From: a virus
Lineage: Duplodnaviria > Caudoviricetes
IMG/VR virus record: IMGVR_UViG_3300027969_000040
Length of the DNA: 64,000 nucleotides
Strand: one strand, 5' to 3'
Under the pieces are notes generated by a model that worked only from the letters and a program-made list of their open reading frames with translations, ran no database searches and was not told where the DNA came from. Positions 27,379 through 37,582 of this stretch are shown here, one piece after another (positions within the stretch are counted from its first letter, which is position 1; every line of letters begins with the position of its first letter). A program made the translations under genes and the position numbers.

Positions 27379-30300
27379 TTAAAATGTCATTGAAATACTG
27401 CCAGCAGTACACACATATATTTTATATCCATTTTCTGTAACAGTTGTATAAGATCCTGTAATAGAAGACGGGGCTGGATATATATCTGGCCACCAAAAAA
27501 TTGCAACTCCGCTGCCCCCGGTACCAAGGCCGTTACCACCATTACCAGTGTTGGCAGTTGCCGTGCCGCCACCTCCGCCCGAAGAGCCACCAACAGCGTA
27601 AGTTTTTGTATATGTTGCACTCGGAGTAGTAACTAGTAAGCCCAGTCCTGCAGCACCGGCTGCGCCGCCAGCAATTGCATTTCCTCCGGGGCCGCCTGCA
27701 CCACCGCCACCGCCTGCTCCTATTGTGTAACTTCCATTGCCGCCACTGTAACCATATCCGCCTGAAGTAGATCCGGGTTGAGTCGCACTTGCACCCGTTG
27801 GGCTCCCAGAACCATTGGAGCCGCCGCCGCCGCCACCTGAACCCCCGGGTGACCCATTACTGCCGTAAATGCTACTGCTGCCACCACCGGCGCCGCCACC
27901 TAATGCAATTCTATTAAAACTACTTAAAGTGCAAGTAACCGAACTGTTTGTACCATTAACATTTGGGGCGCCGCCTGTGCCAACTTGTACTGTTACAAAA
28001 GTGTTTAAATTTGCAAGTACAATGAAAGTGCCAGTTACTAAACCGCCTGCTCCGCCACCACCTGCACTGTTATCAGCTGGAGATCCGCCACCGCCGCCAC
28101 CACCGACAATCATGTAGTTTATAGTTATTGAAGTAGCCGGTGGTAACATATTAATATAACTAGTTGAAGTAAATTTATGCAACCAATAATTGGTTCCGCT
28201 GTAAGAAACGGATTGTACTAAATCGCCACCGGTGCTGCGTTGCAGGCCAGCATACCAGAAGTAAGCTACTCCAGCATTGCCTGCAACACCATATCCAACT
28301 CGGCCACCGCCACCACCATAGTTAACACTGCTATTGGCTGCATATCCACCATCTGAATATCTGGCAATGACATTGCCCAGGATGTTAACTGCTATGGGCC
28401 CGCTACTAGATGCTACTGTGGGGACGACGGTACCGTTATAAGAGACATTGACACTGGTTACAGTGAGATTATTAACGCTGGAATCGGTCAAATATGATCC
28501 GCTACTGTTAACCAATAACAATAACGATGTGTTGGTAACCGCACTCAACAGTATAGGAGTAAATGTGCTCTTGTATACTGCTGTGCCATTGACGATCCTG
28601 ATATTGGTCATGTAACCTTGATACCAAGCTACTCCAGCGGTAGTTTCGTTTGGAGTATACCCAATGCCAAATGATCCTGCTAGCCTTACTGCGCCACTCA
28701 TAGCACCAGAACCAGCTGGAGAGCCATTTATATAGAATGTGTATGTTGACCCACTTCTTACCAGTGCTATATGACACCATTGATTTAGTGTGATTGTGCC
28801 GGCACTAGTGAAAGTGCCTCCACTTTTGATATTACCATTTCCAGCAATAGACCAGTCCATTTGCAATGTGTTATTTGTGTTTATAAACATCATCCAACCT
28901 CGGCCAGGGCTTGGGCCGGCCTGACAGCTCATAAAACACACACTGGATGCAACTTGTTTGTATACCCAAGCTTCGAGTGTAAAATCAGCAGTCAAATTAA
29001 ATGCTGCATTACCGGGCGAGGTCAGTGTGGCATTGGTACCGTTAAAGTAAAAACTACCACCAGCAGCGGTAGCCGATGCGCCCGTACTAGGAACCACTGT
29101 GCTGCTAAAGGTTGCGCCACTGATAGTTGGGGTAAAATTATTACTGCTACTGTCAACTGCTCTGTTGGTATTGTTGGCAACAGTCAGCAATAGTGATGTA
29201 CCAGAAACCAGCGCCAATGGTACTGTTGGAGCAAAGCTACTGGTGTATACCGCAGTGCCTTTGACTATTCTAACATTGGTTATGTATCCACGAAAGAACC
29301 AAGTTGGGTTTGATGCGTCATTATTGGCACCAATGAACAGTGGATCAGAACTTGTTACAAGTGTTACCGCTGCGGTGGTAGCAACTTGTGCGCCGTTTAA
29401 ATAAAGATAAAAACTAGCACCGTTTCTAACAAAAGCCGCATGATACCAAGTGTTTAAACTGGTAGCAGGACCACCACTCATGCCACCAGAAGTATTCCAG
29501 CTTGCACCAATGCCGCCTACACCGTTATAACTAGCATACATTGCAAATGATCGGCCGGGGCCCGAGTGCCATAGGTATACTAAACTGCCGCCTTGGTTAG
29601 TACCAGGATAGGCAGTTTGATAAAACCAACATTCAACAGTAAAATTGCCTCCACCGAACGCCCAAGCAGCATTAGTTGGATAACTTACATAACTAGAACC
29701 ATTAAACACCAAGCTACCCGATGCTGTTGTACCTGCTGTGTTTGATGCTGATGGTACTACACTACTGCTGTAAGTTACACTGCCAACGTTGGTTAGCGTA
29801 ACTGGACTTGCGCTTGAATCCGTTATTTTATTGGCATCGCTGTTGACTAATAACAGTAACGATGTGTTGGTGATGTTAGATAACGGTACAGTTGGAGAAA
29901 ACGCAGAGGTATATACTGCGGTACCTTTTACTATACGAATGTTAGTGAGGTAACCACGATAATAACGACCAGCTTCATTATGTCTTCCTATTGTTTGACT
30001 AGTACCTCCGGCATCAATTGCACGAGTCTCACTGGCATTGTAGTCTATAACACCATTAACAAAAATTTTAAATGTAGAACTTTGTCTTGTCCAAGCTATA
30101 TGTGTCCAGGCGTTTAATGGAATGATAGTAGCACCAGATGGATTTCCTGTGGCTCCTATTATTTGCATGTAAGCATACATATTACCTGCAGATACAAATA
30201 AGCCAACATTCCACGACGTGTTTCCAGATCCTGATCTTGCATCTATTAACCCTGCATATATACCATCGGGTGCAAACGAGGTAGGATATACCCACATCTC

Positions 30301-31794
30301 TATAGTTAAATCTCCAGTACCAAACGAAAGCGCAGTTTGTGCCGAAAATGTAAGAGTTTGGCTAGTACCATTAAAAAACAAACTACCCAAGGCATAACTA
30401 GTTAAATTACTTCCACCACTGCCGCCACCAAACCCACCTTGATTTCCGGCTGCACCTCCGGTTCCGTAACCGCCCCACGTACTACTGGGTTGCAATCCGG
30501 CGCCGCCAGCACCACTAACCACGCTAGGGCTGTATCCGCCGCCGCCGCCGCTGCCGCCAGGCTGGCCAGAATCTCCGGTTAATGCACTGCCGCCTGCGCC
30601 GCCGCCAATGGCAACTACACCATTGTCACCAAATACTGATGTGCCAATTGCACTGGTGTTGCCACCATTGCTGCCCAAGCTGCCGCCCGACCCAATGGTG
30701 ACTAAACTGTTTCCACTAGTGGACGATGTTATCCCAATTGATCCCAACACCACACCACCACCACCTCCTGTGCCCGGACTGACTGCAGATACTGAGCCAT
30801 CTGCGCCTGCGCCACCACCGCCGGCTACTAATAGATAGTACAAATAAGATTCAGCAGCGAATGTCAATGTATAAAATTTATCAATACTACTGCCACTAGT
30901 TGATGTTGCATTAATTGTAATAAGGTAACCATCAGACAGGGAAGGACTTACTTGTTGGGTATAAGACAATACACCAGTGGATGAATTTATTACTAAACCG
31001 GTTGGACCATTAGCGACACTGTAAGTTATAGTACCACCATTGGAGTCTTGTGCAGTAAACGTATCAATTGAAGAATACGTGCTATTAATAATACTACCGG
31101 TGGTACCGCCGGTTAACCAATTCATATTGCCGCCGCCGGTTCCTCCAGCTGCATATATTGCAGGTGCAGTTGCTGCTGCATCAATGAAATACGTTGCGTC
31201 TCCGTTATCACCGGCACTGGTTCCCGGACCGCCACGCCCGCCCACAACAATGGTATAACTGGTACCAGGCGTCACTGCATAAGCATTATAGTAATCAATT
31301 AAGCCTCCAGCGCCGCCAGTGCCGCCGGCAGCTTTTTGTTGGCCGCCCCCACCACCACCCACACCTACCATACTTATACTGGTTACACCCTCAGGGCAAG
31401 TCCAAGTATAAGTGCCGGGGGTGGTATAAGTTACTGTTGCATATGCACTAACGTTTGAAACTATGTTACCATATGTGTAATTTAATCCCCCACCAAGTAC
31501 TGATGTAGTACTAGTAACTGCAAAACTGTTTGCGTTGGCAGTTATGCTAGTGACATCATCATCTATAATGTAAATTGACTGACCAATATTAGCACCAGCA
31601 TACCCAATTGTGGTTATAACATTCGCCAATACCGGAGTTGTAGATATTGATCTTATGTTGCTTTGGGTGAATACGCTAGTTTCACTGAGATTGAGCCCCA
31701 CTGTGGTCTTGACCAATGAGGAATCACTTTGTACAACAGTTATCGTCGTGAGACGATTGACAACTAGATCAAGATTGGATAGTATAGCAGACAC
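27379..31794 (-). CDS. Glycine-rich fibre/accessory protein with three LamG domains and a short Ig-like segment
   Basis: Three GY.TN.RIV.GTAVY motifs; three Gly-rich domains; AQDSNGGTITYS...GLVINSSTGVLS looks like an Ig/cadherin-like segment. Confidence 0.8.
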   Translation of the reverse strand: MSAILSNLDLVVNRLTTITVVQSDSSLVKTTVGLNLSETSVFTQSNIRSISTTPVLANVITTIGYAGANIGQSIYIIDDDVTSITANANSFAVTSTTSVLGGGLNYTYGNIVSNVSAYATVTYTTPGTYTWTCPEGVTSISMVGVGGGGGGQQKAAGGTGGAGGLIDYYNAYAVTPGTSYTIVVGGRGGPGTSAGDNGDATYFIDAAATAPAIYAAGGTGGGNMNWLTGGTTGSIINSTYSSIDTFTAQDSNGGTITYSVANGPTGLVINSSTGVLSYTQQVSPSLSDGYLITINATSTSGSSIDKFYTLTFAAESYLYYLLVAGGGGAGADGSVSAVSPGTGGGGGVVLGSIGITSSTSGNSLVTIGSGGSLGSNGGNTSAIGTSVFGDNGVVAIGGGAGGSALTGDSGQPGGSGGGGGYSPSVVSGAGGAGLQPSSTWGGYGTGGAAGNQGGFGGGSGGSNLTSYALGSLFFNGTSQTLTFSAQTALSFGTGDLTIEMWVYPTSFAPDGIYAGLIDARSGSGNTSWNVGLFVSAGNMYAYMQIIGATGNPSGATIIPLNAWTHIAWTRQSSTFKIFVNGVIDYNASETRAIDAGGTSQTIGRHNEAGRYYRGYLTNIRIVKGTAVYTSAFSPTVPLSNITNTSLLLLVNSDANKITDSSASPVTLTNVGSVTYSSSVVPSASNTAGTTASGSLVFNGSSYVSYPTNAAWAFGGGNFTVECWFYQTAYPGTNQGGSLVYLWHSGPGRSFAMYASYNGVGGIGASWNTSGGMSGGPATSLNTWYHAAFVRNGASFYLYLNGAQVATTAAVTLVTSSDPLFIGANNDASNPTWFFRGYITNVRIVKGTAVYTSSFAPTVPLALVSGTSLLLTVANNTNRAVDSSSNNFTPTISGATFSSTVVPSTGASATAAGGSFYFNGTNATLTSPGNAAFNLTADFTLEAWVYKQVASSVCFMSCQAGPSPGRGWMMFINTNNTLQMDWSIAGNGNIKSGGTFTSAGTITLNQWCHIALVRSGSTYTFYINGSPAGSGAMSGAVRLAGSFGIGYTPNETTAGVAWYQGYMTNIRIVNGTAVYKSTFTPILLSAVTNTSLLLLVNSSGSYLTDSSVNNLTVTSVNVSYNGTVVPTVASSSGPIAVNILGNVIARYSDGGYAANSSVNYGGGGGRVGYGVAGNAGVAYFWYAGLQRSTGGDLVQSVSYSGTNYWLHKFTSTSYINMLPPATSITINYMIVGGGGGGGSPADNSAGGGGAGGLVTGTFIVLANLNTFVTVQVGTGGAPNVNGTNSSVTCTLSSFNRIALGGGAGGGSSSIYGSNGSPGGSGGGGGGSNGSGSPTGASATQPGSTSGGYGYSGGNGSYTIGAGGGGGAGGPGGNAIAGGAAGAAGLGLLVTTPSATYTKTYAVGGSSGGGGGTATANTGNGGNGLGTGGSGVAIFWWPDIYPAPSSITGSYTTVTENGYKIYVCTAGSISMTF

Positions 31795-31803
31795 AATCTA
31801 CCC

Positions 31804-33693
31804 TCATACCGACACGCTGGCAATAATATTGCTAACGCCTCCGCCTGAAATGGTGACTGCTGCATTGACATCTGCGCTAGCCGATGTGGTTACTGTGGTA
31901 GTGTAGTTACTACCACCAAACAACATGCTGCCGCCATCAATGACCAGTTTAACTGTGGTGCTAATCCTATTTCCGCTGGCATCAAGTGCTTTAACTGCCA
32001 AGTTACCAGTAATTGGTGTACCAGTATAGGTATAGGTAGTAGCATCGGGAGTAACTACAATAGTCACAGGTACTGTTAAACTAATCAAATGTACACGACC
32101 CCATCTAAATGGTCCTGGTTCTACTCCCCAGATGCGTCCAAGGTTATCTCTACCCACTGCACTAAATTGAAATGGTAAAGTTGCTGTACGTGTCCAACCA
32201 GCGGCTTCGGTGAACGTATAGATATAGAAATTGTTTAAGCAAAACACACCCAATATAGTTAAACTATCGTTTAACCAAACAATATTTTTTGGTGTTGTAG
32301 GTACCGGAATACTACTATGGTATGTTAAGATCCTAGGGTCTCCGGCATTTACGCTGTAGCACATAAATGTACATGATTTTGGGGCAGCATCGGCAAGAGC
32401 ACCAGTGCCGTTCAATTGCATAAACAATAAATATCGATTTGAGCCTACTGTAAATGTTTCATTGGCCCAGACTGACTGCATGCCATATATAGTAGTGATT
32501 GTTGCCGGAGCAGTGCCATCTGGTGCCCAATATGTGCTTAAACTATTGGCGCCATAGCTGAGAGTACAATTGTTAGCATTACGACTAAATGCATCAGTTA
32601 CCGTGTTCCATTGATAGTAAAACGGTGCATAGTTACCAGCGGTATCCACATATGGTACATAGAATCCTCGACTGTTTGCTGCCAATGGATCAGTAAACCA
32701 ACGACTAGAAAACTTAGATTTATAGCTGCCTTGTGTAGTTGTCCTATTGCCACCTACACTAGATCCGCTAGCAGCAGGACTTGCACTAAAAGCATTTAAC
32801 TGTGTGGCTGTATTGGCACCATCGTTATATTTCCAAAATTGTTGATTAATGTCATCTGTGGTACCATTCTGCATGGTAATCATTAAACCATCTACTGCAC
32901 TTATTCCAAGAAATTGAGTTGTATAATTTGTAGCGCCGCCGGTTGAAGGCGACGATTGTGTTGCTTGTGCAGTGAATGCTTGGCCCGAATGGAATCCAGC
33001 CGCTGCACTAGGATAAATACCAGTGGCATATAACCCATGGTAGACCATATTACCAGTGCTAGGATTTCTATACATAGGGTATGCATGTGGAAAATAACTA
33101 GTGGTTACAGCACTCATATAGTTATTTTGATTCACTATGGTTCCGCTGGCTATACCTGCACTGGTTCCATTTACCATCACAATATATCTTGTGCTTTCGG
33201 CAGTGGCAGTGTTAGTTGCTGGACTATTTTGCCAATGTGTCCAAATAGCAACACTGCTGGTTCCATCTGTAAAATAAGATGCTGGATACGGTCTACGTGC
33301 AGGATCCATGGAAAAGAAAGGAGCATGATCTAAATTAGTACTATAGGTGTCTTTTGCAATAGTAAAATGTCGAACGTGTGTAACTTCACCGTTAAGTGCC
33401 AGTATACCAGTAAACATATTGAAACTAATGTTATATTGTGCTGTAACAGTACCACTTAAAATAGGGTGACCAAATGTATTGTATGTGATCATAGTGGCAT
33501 TGTCAGCTGCATTAATTATCGTATTAGGCAAAACACCACTGGGGGCAAAGTTATACTCAACATCAAATTGTGGTGTTAAGCTGGTTTTATTAACACCGTC
33601 GGTCTGAAAATACATGTAGGTAGAGCCTGGGATTGGATCTTCAAGTACAGCCGCTGCTTGAAATGCCCGTTTAAATGTTCTTATAATTGCCAC
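31804..33693 (-). CDS. Putative receptor-binding/structural protein; paralogue of 33975-35810
   Basis: Collinear similarity along the whole length with the 611-aa ORF; aromatic- and Thr-rich beta structure; C-terminal Ig-like domain. Confidence 0.6.
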   Translation of the reverse strand: MAIIRTFKRAFQAAAVLEDPIPGSTYMYFQTDGVNKTSLTPQFDVEYNFAPSGVLPNTIINAADNATMITYNTFGHPILSGTVTAQYNISFNMFTGILALNGEVTHVRHFTIAKDTYSTNLDHAPFFSMDPARRPYPASYFTDGTSSVAIWTHWQNSPATNTATAESTRYIVMVNGTSAGIASGTIVNQNNYMSAVTTSYFPHAYPMYRNPSTGNMVYHGLYATGIYPSAAAGFHSGQAFTAQATQSSPSTGGATNYTTQFLGISAVDGLMITMQNGTTDDINQQFWKYNDGANTATQLNAFSASPAASGSSVGGNRTTTQGSYKSKFSSRWFTDPLAANSRGFYVPYVDTAGNYAPFYYQWNTVTDAFSRNANNCTLSYGANSLSTYWAPDGTAPATITTIYGMQSVWANETFTVGSNRYLLFMQLNGTGALADAAPKSCTFMCYSVNAGDPRILTYHSSIPVPTTPKNIVWLNDSLTILGVFCLNNFYIYTFTEAAGWTRTATLPFQFSAVGRDNLGRIWGVEPGPFRWGRVHLISLTVPVTIVVTPDATTYTYTGTPITGNLAVKALDASGNRISTTVKLVIDGGSMLFGGSNYTTTVTTSASADVNAAVTISGGGVSNIIASVSV

Positions 33694-33703
33694 AATATTT
33701 TCC

Positions 33704-33964
33704 TTAATTTATTAATGTACCGGCGACCAAATCTACCCAAGCAAAAGCATCTGCGGCATCTACAAAATTTTCTCTGCTGCCATCTGGCATGCATTTCCAT
33801 GGCTGACTTAATCCTGGTTGAATTGTTTCATTGCCATCACTATCGATGGTTAGTAATCCAACGGTTAACACGCCGCCTGAAAATTCACATCTGAAAGTTC
33901 TACTAGAAATCACTTGCTCATTGTCATCAAGTTGTTCTACAATTCTATCATATGTATCACTCAT
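33704..33964 (-). CDS. Small acidic protein between the two paralogues (chaperone-like?)
   Basis: 86 aa, D/E-rich, own AAGGA Shine-Dalgarno, 10-nt gaps on both sides. Confidence 0.55.
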   Translation of the reverse strand: MSDTYDRIVEQLDDNEQVISSRTFRCEFSGGVLTVGLLTIDSDGNETIQPGLSQPWKCMPDGSRENFVDAADAFAWVDLVAGTLIN

Positions 33965-33974
33965 TTACAAATCC

Positions 33975-35810
33975 TTATAAAGTCACAGTAGTGGTAATTG
34001 TACTTACACCAGCACTAATCACAGCAGCGTTCACAGTGGTAGTTGCACTGGCACTGGTAGTAACTGTAATTGCACTGGTAGTTACTAAAATATTACTGGT
34101 GTAGAATACTATACTAGATCCTGTTGAAGTTAACGTTACATTGGCTGTTACTCTTGCACCACTGATATCATATGCATCAACCGTATATGTAGTGGGAATT
34201 GTAGTACCACTGTAGTTGTAACTAGTAGCGGCCGGTGTTACCGTAATAGTAGCCGGCATACTGCCCGACAACAGATGTACACGCCCATAAGCCAACGGAC
34301 CTTGATCTACCGCCCATATACGCCCTAAGCTATCTCTACCTATGCTGTTAAATTGATAGTTGTAACTAGCTGTCAAGTTCCATCCAGTCACTGCACTGTT
34401 GAAACTGTACACATAGGTATAATTGTGTGTGATGATAGCCATTAATGTTCTAGCATCATTTAACCAGCAGATATTCTTTGGTGTTGCCGGAACTGTCATG
34501 GCGCTATGGAATGTAGTCTGTGTGTAGTCGGTGCTACTAACACTGTAAGTCATAAATGTACGCTGTGCAACATTACCATCAAATATACCACCAGCACCAT
34601 GGAACTGCATCAGTGTTAGATATCTGGTACCACTGAAAGTAAACGACTCGTTATAAACGATACGTTGCATACCAGTGGTAACCGATACGCTACTGGCAGT
34701 TACAGTATCTGGATACCAATATGAGTTTTGAGTGGCAATGGTAGTTGTAATAACATTACCAAATCTTGAAAATGTATCGTTTGTTTTATTCCATAAAAAA
34801 TAGAAGGGGTGATATGCACCAGCGGTATCAAAATATGGAACATAGAATCCGGTCTGGCCACTAGTAACACTCGGGCTAGTATTAGGGTCTATAAAAGTTC
34901 TGCTGGCAAATTTTGGTTGGAATGTACCACCGGTCGGGGTTGTTCTTGCGCCGCCTGCACTACCACCTGTCCTACCATCAGCAGACGGGCTAGTATTAAA
35001 TATTCCCGGGTTGGTAGCTGTAGTAGTACCATCATTATACTTGTAGATGTTTTGTGTGTAGTCATTACCAATGTTATTGTTTAAGAACATGGCCAAACCG
35101 TCAACACTACTTACGCCCAAGAATTGCACTGTACTAGTCCCCGACCCTGCGCCTGCGGCTGCAATAGTAGGTGCTGCGGCACTAAACATGTTAGGTAAAT
35201 GCGCACCCTGGGTAAATCCCGGAACATAAGCAGTAACATGGTTATTTGCCACTAGTACCATGTTATTGGTACTGGGATTTCTGTAAACTGGAAATCCTGT
35301 ATAGGCAGCTGTCTGAGTAGCATTTTGCAACGGGAAACCTGTGCTACTATCAGTGTTTGTATTAACACGACGATAATAGGTAAACAAATCACCAGCTGCT
35401 AGCAGCGTCTGCTGATTGTAGCTAATAAGCACCTGATTATTAACACCATCTGTATCATATCTGCTTTGTATAATAGGGCGTGTAGGATCCATACTAGCAA
35501 ACGGTGCTTGGTCTAGGTTATTACTTTGCACTGCTTGAGTATTGAATGTAGCATGGCGAACAAAAGTCACTTCACCTTTGAGTTGCAACATGCCGCCCAA
35601 GGCTTCTGGCGCACCGGTTACTGTACTGTAGCCAAATGTGCCATAACCAGTTCCGGTGGTACTCCAACTAACGGTTCTATCAAAAAACACGCTCAAATTG
35701 GCACTGCTAAAGGCTTCATTTTGGAAATACAATTTTCCAGAACTTGGATATGGATCCTCTGTGAGTGCTGGGACTTGTACCCCGTATTTTGCTGTCCTAA
35801 TTATTGCCAT
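33975..35810 (-). CDS. Putative receptor-binding/structural protein; paralogue of 31804-33693
   Basis: Both start MAIIRT....EDP.P.S..YFQ and share GEVT.VRH, APF.SMDP, YRNPST.NMV, FYVPY.DTAG.Y.PFY and TPKNI.WLND. Confidence 0.6.
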   Translation of the reverse strand: MAIIRTAKYGVQVPALTEDPYPSSGKLYFQNEAFSSANLSVFFDRTVSWSTTGTGYGTFGYSTVTGAPEALGGMLQLKGEVTFVRHATFNTQAVQSNNLDQAPFASMDPTRPIIQSRYDTDGVNNQVLISYNQQTLLAAGDLFTYYRRVNTNTDSSTGFPLQNATQTAAYTGFPVYRNPSTNNMVLVANNHVTAYVPGFTQGAHLPNMFSAAAPTIAAAGAGSGTSTVQFLGVSSVDGLAMFLNNNIGNDYTQNIYKYNDGTTTATNPGIFNTSPSADGRTGGSAGGARTTPTGGTFQPKFASRTFIDPNTSPSVTSGQTGFYVPYFDTAGAYHPFYFLWNKTNDTFSRFGNVITTTIATQNSYWYPDTVTASSVSVTTGMQRIVYNESFTFSGTRYLTLMQFHGAGGIFDGNVAQRTFMTYSVSSTDYTQTTFHSAMTVPATPKNICWLNDARTLMAIITHNYTYVYSFNSAVTGWNLTASYNYQFNSIGRDSLGRIWAVDQGPLAYGRVHLLSGSMPATITVTPAATSYNYSGTTIPTTYTVDAYDISGARVTANVTLTSTGSSIVFYTSNILVTTSAITVTTSASATTTVNAAVISAGVSTITTTVTL

Positions 35811-35839
35811 ATTGTATAAAACTCCTAGACCTATTACTA

Positions 35840-35870
35840 TATTTATGCTTAATTAAGCTAATTATTTATA
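35840..35870 (-). promoter_or_regulatory. Tandem late promoters: TATAAATA (35863-35870) and CATAAATA (core 35840-35845)
   Basis: One perfect and one variant T4 late consensus in a 61-nt intergenic gap, upstream of an AGGAG Shine-Dalgarno. Confidence 0.7.
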
Positions 35871-35871
35871 A

Positions 35872-36405
35872 TTAGATTTGGTTGTACTTGAGTTGTACGT
35901 AAAGTTCACTTCCGGGGCTATTAGTTGATCCTACTTGCAATATACTAATAGTTAAATAATCTCCGCTATTCATAGTAAACGGTGTAGAATACGTAGTCGT
36001 ATATTGACCAGTGCTTATAGTAATAGTTGCTGCCGTAACTCCATTCTTTTTAATACTAAAAATTAAATTACTGTCTGCAGATGTAACCAAATTGGCTACA
36101 ACAGACGAGATTGATAAGTTATACGGAGCGTACCATCTTCTAGATCCATCAAATACATATAAAGTGCCAGAGGTATATATATTAACAAAACTAGGGCCAG
36201 AACTACCAGTATATCCAAATGTTCCAACACTGCCAGTATAACCTAAATTACCAATAGATCCAGCGTATCCGGTTGTGCCTCGGCTTCCGGTATATCCAAC
36301 TATTTGACCCGATGCAACCCAGGCCCTACCGTTATATATCCAGCTTCGATTTCCGTATGTATACGGATCGTTAGTACTTGGACTGTCAGGAAAATTTAAC
36401 GGCAT
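35872..36405 (-). CDS. Short fibre-like protein (FP.SP hook motif, GYTGS repeats, C-terminal beta-sandwich)
   Basis: MPLNFPDSPSTND...W.YNG.AW followed by GYTGS/GYAGS repeats. Confidence 0.6.
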   Translation of the reverse strand: MPLNFPDSPSTNDPYTYGNRSWIYNGRAWVASGQIVGYTGSRGTTGYAGSIGNLGYTGSVGTFGYTGSSGPSFVNIYTSGTLYVFDGSRRWYAPYNLSISSVVANLVTSADSNLIFSIKKNGVTAATITISTGQYTTTYSTPFTMNSGDYLTISILQVGSTNSPGSELYVQLKYNQI

Positions 36406-36416
36406 AATTTAATGTG

Positions 36417-36794
36417 TTATTCTATCGGTAACTCTGGAGTTGTATTTTCAGTCCAATTTTGTGTTTCTTCGTTCCATGTATAATATACATTATTCAATTC
36501 TGATGTTGGCATTGGAATTGGAGGATTCCAAAGGCAAGTATTCTCATCTAATATCCAACTTGGAAATGGATTTGGGGGTATAAACGCATCCCTCTCACTA
36601 TCATAAGTGTATCCCAATCCTGCATAGTTTTTACGCAATGGTGTTCCACCTAATCTATGTTCACCGGCATATGTATTGTAACTAGTTTGAATCCAAATTG
36701 AAGGATCTCCGACCAAGCCGGAATTAATAAAATCTTGTTCTGCCACAATAACGTGAGTTACAATACCGTTTTCTACTTTTGCAAAATGACTCAT
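36417..36794 (-). CDS. Small conserved protein of fibre clusters (possible fibre assembly chaperone)
   Basis: MSHFAKVENGIV..VIV...WIQTSYN...RKNYAG.GYTYD..RDAFIPP.PFPSW.LDE.TC.W.PP.PMP; I recognise this type from aquatic phage accessory clusters; TAAATA at 36820-36825. Confidence 0.6.
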   Translation of the reverse strand: MSHFAKVENGIVTHVIVAEQDFINSGLVGDPSIWIQTSYNTYAGEHRLGGTPLRKNYAGLGYTYDSERDAFIPPNPFPSWILDENTCLWNPPIPMPTSELNNVYYTWNEETQNWTENTTPELPIE

Positions 36795-36853
36795 GAAAAT
36801 TCCTTAAAATAACTATATATATTTATTTGCCATCGGTGTTGAAATTTGTCAAA

Positions 36854-37567
36854 TTAACCCCATGCACCTGCGCTCATTGAGCCTGCTGCGGACACTGGAT
36901 ATATGCTAAAATAACTGCCAGGTTGTGTACTATAAGCATCTAACGGATCGGCACTCAGTGTGTATCTTGGAATAAATGTACCGCCAGTGGCTACGTTCAC
37001 TGTTCCCTCAATAAAACAAGCTATGTAACTGGTTGCTGATGCTATTGCACCAGTGATTACTGTGCTAGCCGCAGTTGTATTATATATTTGAAATGATTCT
37101 GCAGATGAAATATTAGTAAAACTTGTTGTCCCAACTTTATAATTTACATTATAACCAATGCTGTTTAATGTTGTTGTTCCACCAAAACTTAATGCAACAG
37201 TATGGCTGGTTGCTCCAAGTATTTTAGCAAACGAGTATTGTGCAGTGAATCTATAAGTAGTTTGTGGGTTTAGTGTTATACCCAATCCGTTTCCATCAAC
37301 TCCTACACCAAACACACCTTGCGCTGTTGTAATCCGTCGACCAATATAAGGCACCTGCAATTGATAATAGAACTGTGGCAAGTAACCTGGATAGCCGTAC
37401 GTAGTAGCGCCGGTGAACAGCTCAATCCAGGCGGGACTGGTATTGTTTTGTACCATAAACTTATATAGTTTATTAGTAGTAGGATTGAACCACTCGTCAC
37501 CAATTTGCAACCCGGTTACAGGTTGCGTAGTCAATGTCCAATGTTTAGTATAATTTCTCGAGCTCAA
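36854..37567 (-). CDS. Fibre-tip-like protein (GD.W hook followed by a jelly-roll-like C-terminus)
   Basis: P..G.QIGDEWFNP..NKLY near the N-terminus; beta-rich C-terminus. Confidence 0.45.
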   Translation of the reverse strand: MSSRNYTKHWTLTTQPVTGLQIGDEWFNPTTNKLYKFMVQNNTSPAWIELFTGATTYGYPGYLPQFYYQLQVPYIGRRITTAQGVFGVGVDGNGLGITLNPQTTYRFTAQYSFAKILGATSHTVALSFGGTTTLNSIGYNVNYKVGTTSFTNISSAESFQIYNTTAASTVITGAIASATSYIACFIEGTVNVATGGTFIPRYTLSADPLDAYSTQPGSYFSIYPVSAAGSMSAGAWG

Positions 37568-37582
37568 GGGCCATCTCCAAGA

